From assembly GCF_009914755.1 (NCBI RefSeq), contig NC_060928.1: DNA of 64,000 nucleotides; one strand, 5' to 3'. Below, piece by piece: positions 28,233 through 43,816 of this stretch (the first letter of the stretch is position 1; the number at the start of each line of letters is the position of its first letter). The translations under genes were made by a program, and so were the position numbers. The stretch comes from the human T2T-CHM13v2.0 reference genome, Homo sapiens. Under the pieces are notes generated by a model, which was not told where the DNA came from, ran no database searches, and was given only the letters and a program-made list of their open reading frames with translations.

Positions 28233-28903
28233 CTTATCATTAAGCAAAAGCAAGAAACACATATTCATTTTAAATGTGTAAATAGAGTTGTCACGTTATT
28301 GCCTGGGCCTACTACATAAACTGTTCAAGAAAAACGGTTGGTTTAATCCCTTATCGTTTTATAACTGTGACCCCCACCAACAGCTAAAATGTAGCAGTAA
28401 ATATACAAAATGGGAAACCACTTCCCCCAGTCCACACCCCTCTGTCTGCACAGAACAGACATTTTCATTCCACTGGAAAAGTGAAGAATCCTTATGTCGC
28501 TGAAGATAAGACCTTTCATTCCAGCTCACTATTCACCTTTTAGATAAGAGAAGAGTACTTAGGGGTGGTAGAAACCACTGGATGTTATGTGTCTGCAGAC
28601 CTGGGTTCAAGCTCCAGTTCTATTAATTCCTAGTCAGGTGACTAAGGGCAAGTCATTTATCTTTTCCAAACCTATTTCCTCATCTGTAAAATGAAAGGTA
28701 GTAATACCTACCTCACACACGGACGGATGAAACGAGGAAAGATCCGTCATGTGCTTATTAGCATAACACATGCCCAATAAACCAGCCCATTGTGTGTGAA
28801 GAGTTTTGTAAATTATCAGCCTTAGAAAATGGTACTGTTATTATCATCATTATTCAGACTGGAAAGTTACCATTAGAAGAATGGTCACCATTCTCATCAT
28901 TCT

Positions 28904-29458
<555 letters not shown>

Positions 29459-29884
29459 TTGCATTACCTTATTAAAATCAGCACATAGAGCCTACTTTAA
29501 ACAGTGACATCAGCAAGTTCAGTCCCATTCCTTCCTGAACTCCCTCCCTGAGCCCCTTTCTCAAGAGATGACCTGGAGCAATTCATTGAACTGTTCCATG
29601 TTCCCTGATGCCTCTGGAGGGAAAGAGAGTGGCCAGTGGCTGCTTCCAGGTGTGAGAAACCACTGAGCTGATGCACCTGCAGGCGGGGGTTCAAATTCCG
29701 TCTCTGTTAGTCTAGCCAAAGGACAGGGTAAGTTACCTACAGTCTTCCTCCTTTGGGAGATTGTGGGTAGCAAGGACTATGTCCTCAAAACTGGACCAAA
29801 TAAAAAAGGACAAGCTTTCACTAGAGTGCAAGGACTCAGGACTCAGACCTTAAGGCTCGATCCTTGGCTACAAGAGCAGCATTA

Positions 29885-30822
<938 letters not shown>

Positions 30823-32500
30823 TAACCACTGAGAGCCTGAGACCCTGGCATCCCTTCTACACAATCCAGACCAGATTTTCAGCTGGTGCCTTGCCTCTTT
30901 GTCTAAACCAACTCCTCGGCCACAGGGAGAGAGGGAGGGAGGCACACATTTACCCATCTGGTAGCTGCTCAATAAATAGGTGAACCAATTCTTCCCCATC
31001 TTCTTTTTACCTCATTACACACTCTCCTCAAATGTGGTCTCCTCTGTGATGCCCTGACTCTTTCCTAATCGAGCACCTCCTTCAGTCCTGGCCTCCCAAT
31101 GCCTCTGGCTTCTTCCCAGTGCTGATCAGGACCTGACATTACACCATGGACCCGCACGTGGTGCCTATCTCCCCCACTAGAACACAGCTCCAACCAGCCA
31201 GGACCTTGGCCTAATTACAGTTGCATCCACAGTGATCAGGTGAACTGTGATGGGGTAGAGGACAGAAAAGCATCCGACCTGACATCTGGCAGAGTTACAG
31301 GAGGATAAACAACCAAGGTACGGAGGACAAGGCCTCAGGACCCTCTGCTCTGCACTACAAACACAGGGTATGCTGGGAGGGCCGTGGTGCAAAGGCAGAG
31401 GTAAGGGATGACAAGCTGCGTTTCGCAGAGCTCAGGGTTTACCAGGGGCTGTTTACTCCTTATTTTATTTAATGTTTAATATGTTCACACTTCAAAAGGG
31501 AAACTGGAAAAAACTTTCTAAAACCCTGCAGTTGAAGCAATTTCAAATCTTTGATTCTTAGTTAAAACAGAAATAACCTTAAAAAATAGATGCCACATAA
31601 AGGCCAATCTAATGATCGGTTATACGGTTTCAAAGGGCCAATTTGTACCTTCTGAAAGAGACAAACGCTAGGTGTACTACCGAGATAAATTTTCATCTTG
31701 ATGCCCACTTGTTGCCGAAAGTATTCTCTCTACATAAGTGAATCAACTCCCGATAATTTGATAAGAATGAAAGACCAGTGGGGTTCTGACCCCACTGTTT
31801 TTTGAAACTGATATTTACACAAAAATAAACAATGTAATCAACAATGTGGCTGAAAGATAGCAAACCAAGATTTTCTACATATATAGTCCACATTTAGGGT
31901 CTCTATTCAACCATTTTGACTAACAGGTGGCTGATTTAATTACTTGAAGGGAATTCTCCTTCTACCAGAAGGAAGGCGCTTCAAGCACACTGCTCATCTA
32001 CCTTAACCGTAACCTTCAGAGGCTGCTGTGACCCCCTCACCCCTTATCCAGAGGAACACCTAGTCACTACGTCCTCACCCTGTTTTATTTTCCCTCATGC
32101 ACCACCACCTGGGATACTTTAGATTTTTTTGTTCAGGTCCTGGCACAGATCAGACACTCAGTTAAGTATTAAATAAATGAATGAATATTACTATCCACAT
32201 TTTTTTTAGATAAGGAAACTGAGGCTCAGAGGCTAAATAATGTGCCTAAGATCAAACGTCAGGCAAACTGCACAGCAGGGATTTGAACCAGGTCTGTCAG
32301 AAATCCAAAGCTCCTGTTCTTTCTTTCCCATGTATCTATCTCCCTGCCTGATTACTAAGCAAATCATTACATACTGGGCTGGCACCAGCATCAAACATTG
32401 GGATGAAACATCTTGCTCTTCACAATAAGGAAGTCTCTGCAGTGCATTCAGTTTCTTCCTTTCCATAAATGAAGGCACTAAGAGGTTCTCTAAAAAAGAA

Positions 32501-32815
32501 GGCTGGGCCAGGTGCGGAGGCTCATGCCTGTAATTCCAGCACTTTGGGAGGCCAACGCAGGCAGGTCACCTGAGGTCAGGAATTCGAGACCAGCCTGCTT
32601 AACATGGTGAAACTCTGTCTCTGCTAAAAAAAAAAAATACAAAAAATTAGCTGGGCATGATGGCTCGTGCCTACAGTCCCAGCTACTTGGGAGGCTGAGA
32701 CACGAGAATTGCTTGAACCCAGAGGCAGAAGTTGCAGTGAGCCACGATCGCACCACTGCACTGCAGCCTGGGCAACAGAGTAAGACTCCATCTCAAAAAA
32801 ATAAAAATAAAAAAG
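32501..32815 (+). mobile_element. Alu (S)
   Basis: TSD-like aaaaaagaaggctg. Confidence 0.95.
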
Positions 32816-32909
32816 AAGGCTGCCTTGACTTCCAAAAATAAGAAATTCCCATTTCATTATTACTAATTATTTTTGCCACAATGCAAATCTAAAATCAGAT
32901 CTGACTTAC

Positions 32910-32993
32910 GCTGTTGGAAGCTTCAGAAAAGATATTCCACACCTGGTCCAGAATGGATTCATTATGAACTTTTAAACTGTTCTTCATCCAATT
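32910..32993 (-). CDS. LYAR: LYAR exon 6 (NWMKNSLKVHNESILDQVWNIFSEASNS)
   Basis: AG/GT bounded, 84 nt. Confidence 0.97.
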
Positions 32994-33104
32994 CTGTAAG
33001 AAAGAAAAAGAAAAAGAACTATTGATCCCACTTGGACAGGTACACACAAGCTCAGTCACTGATGGGCCACACGGCCCCCTCCATTCAAGAAAGTCAATTC
33101 ATAC

Positions 33105-33212
33105 CTGAAATTTTGCCTTTTTCCTGGGAACGTTGTCAAAAGCACTAATTTGCTCTAAAAGTTCTCTCACTTTGGGGCTGACATTGGGTCTCTTTATTAA
33201 TTCACTAATTTT
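33105..33212 (-). CDS. LYAR: LYAR exon 5 (KISELIKRPNVSPKVRELLEQISAFDNVPRKKAKFQ)
   Basis: AG/GT bounded, 108 nt. Confidence 0.97.
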
Positions 33213-33369
33213 CTACAAAAAGGGAAGAAAAAAGAAAAACTATTAATAAACAACCAACATGAGTTTCATGAAAGCCAATTGAAAAAGTCCTTGCCATGGC
33301 TAAAGCGTTCACGTTTTAAGCCCAGATTCTGTATTTATGTCTATGCTTAAAAATATATAGGTTAACTTC

Positions 33370-34005
33370 TATTAACATAGTACTGGAGTCCTAGCCAGAG
33401 CAGTTAGGCAAGAAAACAAAATAAAAGGCATCCTAACTGCAAAGGATGAAGTAAAATTATCTCTGTTCACAGATGATGTGGTCTTATATGTCAAAAGTCC
33501 TAAAGAGTCCACACAAAAATTGTTAGAATAAACAAATCCAGCAAAGTTGCAGGATACAAAATCCACATTCAAAAATCAAGTTGCATTTTATATAACAACC
33601 AGAAAGAGAAATTAAGAAAACAATTCCATTTGCAACAGCATCAAAAAGAATAATCAGGAATAAACTTAACTGAAGAGGCAAAAGACTTGTTTACTGAAAA
33701 CCAAAAAACACTGCTGAAAGAAATTAAAGTAGACACAAATAAATGAAAAACATTCCGTACTCATGGACTGGGAGACTTAAAGTTGTTAAGATGTTAATAC
33801 TACCCAAGCAATCTACAGATTCAATACAATTCCTATCAAAATCCAATGTGTGTGTATATATACGTTTTTACAGAAACAGAAAAATCCATCCTAAAACTCA
33901 CAGGGAATCTCAAAAGATACCAAATAGCCAAAACAATCTTGAAAAGAACAACAAAAATGCAGATCTCATATTTTCTGATTTCAAAACTTATTACAAAGCT
34001 GTAAT
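33370..34005 (+). mobile_element. L1M ORF2 (reverse transcriptase region) fragment in LYAR intron 4
   Basis: Degenerate VLEVLARA...VKLSLFTDD and IPYSWTGRL motifs. Confidence 0.88.
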
Positions 34006-34783
34006 AAGTTTCTGTAGTTTGCTGACCCCTGCTTCAGAGGATTTCATCGAGTGTGACAGCAGCAGAGACGGAACTCACAGACCCATGCACCTCAACCTTA
34101 GGGTCTAGGAACGTCATCTGGTTTTTAGAGAATTACAGAGAGTGCTCAAAAGTGTGGCTGCTGGTCACCAGTGCAAACAGGATTTCATTAGCTTCTCAAT
34201 CTGCTCTAGTAAGTCCTTTGTGAACAGAAATACCCTCCCAGTAGTATGCTCATTCAGTAAGCTAGTTAATGTCTGAAAAATTCACGTTCCAACTCTATTA
34301 TCAAATGGAACGATTACTTTTTATTGGTTTTTAGAAAAACACAGAATTTTCAATAGATGACATCCGTCTTTTCATTATCCCACCTTCCTTTCTGAATCCT
34401 TCCTCCTGCTACCTATTCTGTAAATGATCAGTAGCATTCTGAGAGTTATACTTCCCAGTGAATTAGGGAGTCAATGTTTCTGCCATTTCTACTGTGCATG
34501 TTTTCATGCTGTTTTAGTTAAGTAGAAAATTCTCTGCATTGACGAAAGTATCTTTATTTTGCCTAATTCTAATGACTGGCAGATGTGACAGATTAACATG
34601 GCTTGAGTTATAAAAGCTCCATTATCACTAGAAGCAGGGAGAGATTAGAAGCTTCCATTTAGTTTTACAGCCAAGGGAAAGCTAATGAGAATTCTAAAAC
34701 TTTTTTTTCAAGAAATTAACAAAACACATGGATTAAAGGTATAATGCACCGCAACTGTTTTAACAGCTAGAAGAATAAAGAAC

Positions 34784-35081
34784 TTTTTTTCTTTCTTTTC
34801 TTTTTCTTTTTTTTTGAGACGGAGTCTCACTCTGTCACCCAGTACAACCTCGGCTCACTGCAACCTCTGCCTCCTGGCTTCAAGCGATTCTCCTGCCTCA
34901 GCCTCCTGAGTAGCTGGGATTACAGGCACCCGCCACTATGCCCGGCTAATTTTTTGTATTTTTAGTAGAGATGGGGTTTCACCACGTTGTCTAGGCAGGT
35001 CTTGAACTCCTGACCTCGTGACTCGCCTGCCTTGGCCTCCCAAAGTGCTGGGATTACAGGCGTGAGCCACCATGCCCAGCC
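34784..35081 (-). mobile_element. Alu (S) with a short internal deletion
   Basis: Alu consensus. Confidence 0.93.
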
Positions 35082-35245
35082 AAAGAATTCTTTTTCAAGA
35101 GGTTTTAGTTCAACCTGTCTATCCTAGGACATGAGGTTTCCAGAGCTTGTCTGCAGGGATGACACATTTACTCTTAGTCTCTTGGGCTTCCAAAGAAAGC
35201 GGAAGCTGTCAGAGGAAGCTACTCAATGAGTTAGAGAGACGTTAC

Positions 35246-35360
35246 CTGAATCCACGCCTGCTGTTTGATGTCGCCTTTGTGGGTTTTACCTTCATAGCCT
35301 TTGCCACCATACTTCTGATCTTCACTTATGCATTTCACGTGGTTTTTATAGTCATCGCCC
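35246..35360 (-). CDS. LYAR: LYAR exon 4 (GDDYKNHVKCISEDQKYGGKGYEGKTHKGDIKQQAWIQ)
   Basis: AG/GT bounded, 115 nt, phase-compatible with neighbours. Confidence 0.97.
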
Positions 35361-36619
35361 CTTTAAAGTGATCAAAAGTTCTGCCATTAGACTGATACCC
35401 AAGTTGGAGGCGCTAATACCAGCATGCTGCCACTATCTTCTGTGGTCTACACTGTATATTTTCACATGTGTCTATCACACAAGCACCCCATCTATTTCAC
35501 TTATTATGTTTACAGCCTCCTGGTCAGAACCACATCCCCCTTCCTCCAAAGTCGTCAATATAAAACCCATCACCAAACTTTTCCCCCATTTTTATAAACA
35601 CCTTAAGCTAAATTGATAGGCAGTATTTTTTTAAGTCATAAGTGTACATATACTGAATAAACAAGAAAATAGTTCTATGCAATAGGGTAGTTTTTTTAAA
35701 TTATAAAAATCTCAATGTCTAATAGACAGTCAATAATTAGTTGTAGAATAAATCAAAAACAGATATAAAATGGCAGCATGAGGTTACCAACAGTTCTGGA
35801 TCCCTTAGGGTCCTGAGAAAAAAGAAAACTAAATTCTCTCTCATATAATCTTTGTAAAGCTCTATGGGGTTCTTCAGGGAAATGTTGGGGACAAGGTCCA
35901 GGGCAAAGTCCCCTAATGAAAACTCAATTTTAACCTACTTTATATATCAAGCTTCCTCCTAGGATTACGTCTGAACAGAGGTTAGCAGTTTCCAAAAAAA
36001 ATCACTGCTCCAGAATGAATTAAAAGAGAGTATTAGCCAGTACCATCCGAATGCCTCAGAGGACACTGGGGCAGATGCAGCCAGAAGCCAGCTTCTCGCC
36101 TGGACCTTCTGAGGCTGAAGGGGAATCAACATGAAATTCAAGAGGGGAGCCCTCTGCAAACGACCCACCTGAAGAACCGGTGTCTAAGGCAGGATCTGTC
36201 CTGTCCCTCCCCGCTAACTCCTCACATTCACAGAGGCCTCCTCAGTGGAAGTGTCTCCTGACACACCCGTGGGGCCAGGAAGAGCCTCACTTCCACCAGC
36301 ACCTCTGATTTTCTAGGGAGGACATAGTTTCCTCTGCTACCAGTCATCTGCCCCACTGTGAGCTCATAAATTCACTTTCTGGTTCATAAGTCCATCTCTC
36401 CACTGTGATGGGCATGTGATACCCATGGTCTAATGAAACTGGCTCTAAACCCCTGGAGCCATCTTCCACGCAGTTAGTTCCCTGGGTCTGTAAACAGTGG
36501 CAATGCAATAGCAACCAGTGTCACCAACTGACTGAACACTCTAATCATCATAATTCCCCTTCCCCTAGTCTTTTCTTTAACATATCCTCAAAAAGCAAAT
36601 TGTTTCGTAAAGCACATTT

Positions 36620-36911
<292 letters not shown>

Positions 36912-37083
36912 TAGTAAAGCACATTTGAAAGAATCACACCAGTTTTAATCAATGGAACATACCAGTTTTTAGTCTTAATTTCATTCTTCAAATTTGCCAC
37001 TATTTTTCCAAGCTTTGTGGCGCCAAGGCTTCCAAAACTGATCTGGATTTACTATGGATCTACATGAATTCTGTGAAGCTTAC

Positions 37084-37205
37084 CAGAAATCTTTACCGCA
37101 GTCAATGCAAGAAAGGCATTCACAGTTTCTGCAAACAGACACATGCTTTTCCACTTGTATTTTCTTCACTGATTCACCACATGCATTGCATGTAAAAAAT
37201 ACCAT
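37084..37205 (-). CDS. LYAR: LYAR exon 3 CDS (exon begins 37258): MVFFTCNACGESVKKIQVEKHVSVCRNCECLSCIDCGKDF, LYAR-type C2HC zinc fingers
   Basis: ATG at 37205; acceptor ttttcctTAG at 37260-37259; donor TG|GTAAGC; 122 nt. Confidence 0.97.
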
Positions 37206-39895
37206 TTTTAGGTAAATGGCTAAATATTCTCTATCCAAGACAGGTTTTAAGTCTTGTCCTAAGGAAAAAAAGACAATTATAATTATAAACTGAAACTTCT
37301 CATTTCAATAAATGGCTCATGCCCCTAACTTTTCAACCATAATTTCACATGAAAATAACAGAGTCAAAGTTGATTAGCAATCTACATAAAATTCCACCAT
37401 TCATATAAGTAAAACTAACATTAACAATGAGAATGGCTAACATTTATTGTGTCCTTACCACGTGCCAGGCACTATTCTAGAGGCTTTACATTTATTCACT
37501 TATTCAATCCCCGCAGTAACCCTATGAGGGAAGGACTATTATTGTTCAAAATTTATATGAGGTAACTGAGACACAGAGATTACATAACTTGCCCAAGGAT
37601 ACACGGTTAACAGAACCAGGATTTAAACCTGGCAGATTGGCTCTCAAGATGAAGAGCTTTGAGGGTGTTAAATCTTACTTTCCATAATACCTTAAACTCT
37701 CTCTCTGTATATGAAACTTATAGAAGGCATTGCAATTTAGGTGTACACTACAAACTATTTCAGGTCCTCAAATATACTAAGAACACAGCAAGAGGAAAAC
37801 TGAGTGAAGTTTAGAAAGTGAAGAAGAGGCAATTCTATGGGCACAATTTCTATGGCACTAAAAGCATTCATATCAATATTACTATATATCTACAAAGGTT
37901 AAAATGAGGACATGCGCCTCAGCTGTAATGGACAGGGGCCTTCTTCATGTGGCAGCTTGTCAGACAAGTCAGAAAGAAACGGAACCAAGTCCAGGTGTCC
38001 CAACTGCTGGGTGCTGAATTACTGGAGTTCACAAACCCAGGTGTCCCGAGCACTGCCCCAAAAAGAAGTATGTCTGCACACGCACATAAACATCATTGTA
38101 AAATTTCACAGAAATGCTACCGTGCTCAGGAAAACACAAATTCGTCTAGAAGTGTTAGAGAAGTCACAGTAATTTTCCATACTTACATAATTTTTAATCA
38201 CTAGATTTTAAAACAGCATTGTTGTTTTACATTATAAGTTTTACAGCAAAAATACTGAGAACTGTTTAACCCAGAGCTTTCTTCCTCATTAGGAAAATAA
38301 AGGTGAGGGTCAAGTAAACCGATGCAATTTACTTCAGGGTAGGACTTCATCCAACAAGCTTTCAGTACAAATGATCTACCCTTGGTTTGCAGAGAATTCC
38401 CATGCATGAAATCACCGTTGCTCCTCCACCAGCATGTTTTGGATCACTGCCAGTGAGGCCACACCCAAGCAACGACCAAGGTTATTCATGTCCATTCAGC
38501 CTTGAATGGAAATGTACATCCTGGCTGCATCTCCAGGGTTCACAAAGGTCCAGCTGGTCTCTTGTGGAGGCCTCTTGCCCTGTGGGACACTATCAGACAT
38601 CAGCTCAGCTTCTACGCTACATACAAACCACAGACCCCTGATTCCGCGGTCCCAGGCCCCGCTCCTCAGCTCACTATCAGTGTATGTTAGTAAACGGACA
38701 GCATGTGGTCAGCTACAACCTAGCACCAAATCCTCAGGAAGGAAAACATGACTACCCTCGATGTGCTGCAGCAACTGTCATCTTCTCATCTGCTTACTGT
38801 AAAGATGTGTGATATTGTCAAGCTCCTGGGAGCTGGAATCACGTTTCCCACAACCCAGCTCCCTCAAAGCTTACCATTCTAAAAAAAGGCAGAGGGATGA
38901 TCAACATGTCAGGCAACAAGAGCAGCTATCCTGCCTGACAAGGGAGAACAAAGGCTGGAATAAGAGCCAACATCACATTCTCAAAGAGCATGGAGGTGCA
39001 CTTTGGTGTAAGAGCAGGAATAACTTATTAGTCACCAAGAAATAGATTGTCATCACAGGCACAAGGTGAAAGCAGCCGTGATATGCCAAATTATCTGCTG
39101 AAAAACGTTAAAGCACTTTTCTAATAAGATACAACAACAAAAAACAGTCTCTGAAACTTAGATACGGCTTAGAGCTTGCCAACCTCTGTTGCTGAGGACA
39201 ATTCTATTTCTGGATGGAGTGGGAGATGGGAGGAAGAAAGGTTTCGACAAGGCTTAAGAGTGAATTGAGAGATTCCTGTCCCAGCAGGAATTAAAGGCCT
39301 AGGAAGGAAGCTGGAAACAAAATATATTGACTGAAAGAAGCAGTGAAAGCAGTGATGTTGACAAAAAGATACTCAAGAGTAACTGTGCCAAACATTCTAT
39401 CTCTCTGGAGATCGGCTACACACTACAGTGTAATTAAATATCAATTCAGAAGGTGATTAGAATCTGGTTACATGTCCAGCTAAAAAATAACTCTCACATC
39501 ATTTTCATTTGGTCTTTACTTGTTTAAGGCCAAATGGGTGGATTGCACAGGAAGTCAGAACTGTCTCTTCCTGCCTTCCTCCGGATTTTTACACTTGCCA
39601 TGAAATGGGAACAGCTCTGTGTCCACTTGCTTGGCTAATGAGCTAATGTCTGTAAGGAGCTTACCTCTCCTTTATTCAGAGCCTGGAGGACAGTCCAGCA
39701 CCTTGATTACACCTCAAACCCAACCTAGCCCCAGGCGAAAATACCTGTAATTTATGCCATAAACACTTGCTTGGGCTTCAAAGAAAAGCTCAAAACCATC
39801 AGAAGCTTCAAAGTCAGCCTAACTGCACAGCAGACAGGGTGTCCCAGGTCTTAGTGCAGGCTTAATATTCGTAAGCGTAAATGCTACAAACTTAC

Positions 39896-39949
39896 AAAAA
39901 GCCGTCAGGTGGAAATTCAGTCCCTCTAATGGAAGACAGCAAACATTGC
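39896..39949 (-). other. LYAR: Tandem duplicate of the LYAR 54-nt non-coding exon ('2b')
   Basis: Same acceptor and donor as 2a at an 86-bp period; usage not demonstrable from sequence. Confidence 0.55.
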
Positions 39950-39981
39950 CTAAAACAAAAATGTAAATACTACAAACTTAC

Positions 39982-40035
39982 AAAAAGCCGTCATGTAGAA
40001 ATTCAGTCACTCCAATGGAAGACAGCAAACATTGC
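39982..40035 (-). other. LYAR: LYAR 54-nt non-coding exon 2 (upstream copy, '2a')
   Basis: Acceptor ttttgttttAG|GCAATG, donor TTT|GTAAGT, between exon 1 and the ATG exon. Confidence 0.8.
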
Positions 40036-40109
40036 CTAAAACAAAAAAGTAAAACGGTATTGTTCAAATTCCACAAGACTAGATAAGCATGAAGGAAATT
40101 TAATTAAAC

Positions 40110-40413
<304 letters not shown>

Positions 40414-41893
40414 TTAATTAAATTTTAAATGATGTTTTGGCAAGTTTGGATCATTTATGCTTCTGAAATTATGAAAGCTTAAAACTGCATTAAGATTTTG
40501 AGGACACCCAGTCTGCCGGGCTCAGATGTGACAGATTTCAACATCTAGCCCTAAGTGTAAAAAGACAGCAGTTTTTTCATGGGGCTGGATCTAAATAGAG
40601 TCCTCTTTTCCTTCCCTGGCTCCCCAACTCCCTCTGCCCAATGTCCAGTCCCAGCGCAGCCAGAGAGATTCTACATGCTTTCCTTCTGGCCACATGCGCA
40701 TGTTAAAAGAGAAAGGCAGGCAGAAGGCAGTGTTCTTGGACTGGTTGAGAGCATACTTCGGTTCTTGCTCAGTCACTTTAACTCAATTCGGCAGACATTT
40801 CCTGAATGCTGACACTATCCTATCCACCCAGATACACCTGGGGCCCTCACGCAGGTCCTCTGCGTGTGCTCCTGGCTGCGTCTTCGTCTGTCTGTATGGT
40901 CAGTTTACTGAGCTCTCATCACATGCCATACCCATGAAAAAGATGACGGGGTCTGCACCATAGAACACATGATCATTAGCTCTCTACAAAGCCGTGTCCC
41001 ATTTATGAACACAACTGCCCCCAATACCACTAAGACTGCTATGATCATACTACCTCCATCTGGAGAGAAAACCTAAGGCTCAGGAGGGTAAGTGAACTGC
41101 CCGAAGTCACAGTAAGTGGCAGAGGTGGCCTGAAAGACCAGGCAGCAAGCCCAGGCTCCCACCCTGCCTCCATCTTGACCTGCCATGTCCTAGCCGTTTG
41201 CTTGGTGGTTACTCAGCACCTGGGACCTTGAGGTCCTCATCCAAAGAGAAAAAAAATTAAGGTCTCTATAAGATGACTTTCCATGTATAAATATTAGAAC
41301 CCTAAGTCTTAATTATAAAACCTCTGTGCAGTGGGCAAGGAGACCACCCATGTCACAGGAGAGGCTGTCAGGGTCTGGACAGCAAAGCTAGCTGAGGGGC
41401 AGCAGCCAGTGGTCACTAAGGGGCTGGGAACTTGTTAGTCTTCTCTTAACAAGATGGTTGCCAGCTTTTGTTGGACAGGGCCCTGACTCAGGTGTAGAGG
41501 ATCTGAGCTGGAGCCTACATCTGCTAATGTCAAAAAAGTCATTAAAAACTAAATGACCTCAAAGCACCTTAACTTCCCAGAATCTGTTTATCTGTAAAAT
41601 GGATCTAATACCTAACTCAAAGCATTGGGTGGAAAGTTAAATAAGACACCAGATATGAAAGCTTCATCCCTGCCCAATTGTAGAAAGGTTTCTCTGTGAC
41701 CTACTAATTTGCACATCAATGCTATTATACCCAGCCCCCTCCTAAACCCATGCTCCTTTAAATATGACCATCAACCCACCCATTTATGTTCATAAATTCA
41801 CTCCAACCTTCTCTGGCTCCTCACCCCATGGCTGCCTACTTTACCAAGTTCCCTGATAACATGCCCTTAGGTTTGGTTCTGAGATTGGAATGA

Positions 41894-42250
<357 letters not shown>

Positions 42251-43242
42251 TGACTATTCTTAAAATATTCTTGCATGCACATGCAGACACTGACCTACAC
42301 ATCATTACCACCACTACCACTCAAACAGCCCACCTGAGGGGCCTAGCTGGCAACCCCAGGATATCCCCCACTGAACACTGTGACCCTGAGCATGCCACTG
42401 CCTCTATAAACTTCAAGTTATCTCATCTGTGAAACAAGAAGTCAGGCCAACTTGACAAGACTCAAGCCCCTTCCACGGGTAGCATTCTGAGAAACCATGG
42501 GTATGGTGCAAGAGAAGGACAGACAAACATACTCTGTCCACCATCCTGCCTAAACCTTTGTGTATGAGGCTGACAAGGGTTACAATGGGTGACATTCACA
42601 AGGAGAGAATCTCTCCCTTGTTCCTTGCAAAAGCCCTGGGAAGTAGGTGCACCTATCTCCACTAAACAGATGAGCAAACTGAGGCACAGAAGCCATTTCT
42701 CTCTGCCTCCTACCCCACCCACGGCATCACCAGCACTGTTTTAAACACCATCCCTTCACTCGAGTAACTACCATGTGTCAGGCACTATGCTAGACCCTGG
42801 GAGCCTCGGGCACAGTGTGAGTAAGTCCCAAGTGGGCCCTCTCTGCTAGAAATCAGGGTTGCAAATACAGACCCCACCTCATCCTCCTCCCTCTCTCCTC
42901 AGAGGTAGGTGCTTCAGAGAATCCTAACATTCATGGAGCACCCAAGCCCTCTCATAGGAGGTTAACACATTTCTACTCATGTAATCCTCATCACAGTTCT
43001 CCGAGTTAGATTCTATATGTTATGACAGATGAGGAAAGTGAGGCGCAAAGAGGTTAAAAAACTTACACCAGGTCATCCCACATCCAGGTAGTGGCAACCC
43101 AGATTCACACGCAGTAGTTATTCTGATCCTAAGTATGTGCTCTGGACCGCTACATCCTAAGGCCTCCTCTTTAGGGACTGATCTCCCAAGGCTCAGAGAA
43201 GAGCCCTGTCTCCAACATGCAGCAAGCCTGAAGCCCAGTCGG

Positions 43243-43334
43243 GCGGTGACCAATCGTCCTGGTTTGGCCAGGCCCGAGGGAGTTCCCAGGACGCCGGACC
43301 TTAAGTTTTAAAACTAAAACGAGTTGGTCACCCT
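43243..43334. mobile_element. Short hAT MITE (MER81-like)
   Basis: Inverted termini GGTGACCAA ... TTGGTCACC. Confidence 0.6.
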
Positions 43335-43499
43335 AAGTCCAGGACTCCTGCCACTTCCCCAGAGCAGGAGTGAGATCTGAATGGAACTCCTTCCTCCATG
43401 CGTAACCCAGAGGGGCTGACGGTGGAAATCCCGTCCCTCCCCTACTCACTCTCTGAGCCCCAGCCTCCCAGGTCGGACCTCTGGGCCACCACCCCTCAC

Positions 43500-43620
43500 C
43501 TCTCAGCCAGCGCCCGCCAACGGTTTCAACCGGCCGCGGGGAGCACGTGGACTCGCCGCCGCCAGCCCAGCGCCGCAGCTACCTGCCTCTCAGGCTTCGC
43601 GGTGCAGAATTCGCTTCTGA
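43500..43620 (-). other. LYAR: LYAR exon 1 (non-coding; TSS approximate)
   Basis: Donor GAG|GTGAGG (GT at 43499-43498) inside the CpG island; TSS cannot be fixed from sequence. Confidence 0.7.
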
Positions 43621-43714
43621 ACCACCCAGCGCGCCTGCGCACCGCGGCCACGCCCCCCCCAGTGGAAGTGACGCCAACGGAAGCAGGAAGGCGGTTCCGG
43701 CAAGCCAAGGGGGC

Positions 43715-43816
43715 GTTGTCGTGATGATTCCGCGGCCAGCGGATCGCTGCGAGTGGCCTTGAAGGCAGCTGCTGCAGGTGAAGAGTAGGCGGCGGGGCAG
43801 AGAGCGGCCTCCGAGG
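43715..43816 (+). other. ZBTB49: ZBTB49 exon 1 (non-coding; TSS approximate)
   Basis: Donor AGG|GTAAGG (GT at 43817-43818). Confidence 0.75.

Larger units (their letters stand above)
39877..40052. repeat. 86-bp tandem duplication (2 copies, 6 mismatches)
   Basis: 39877-39962 aligns to 39963-40048 without gaps. Confidence 0.97.
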
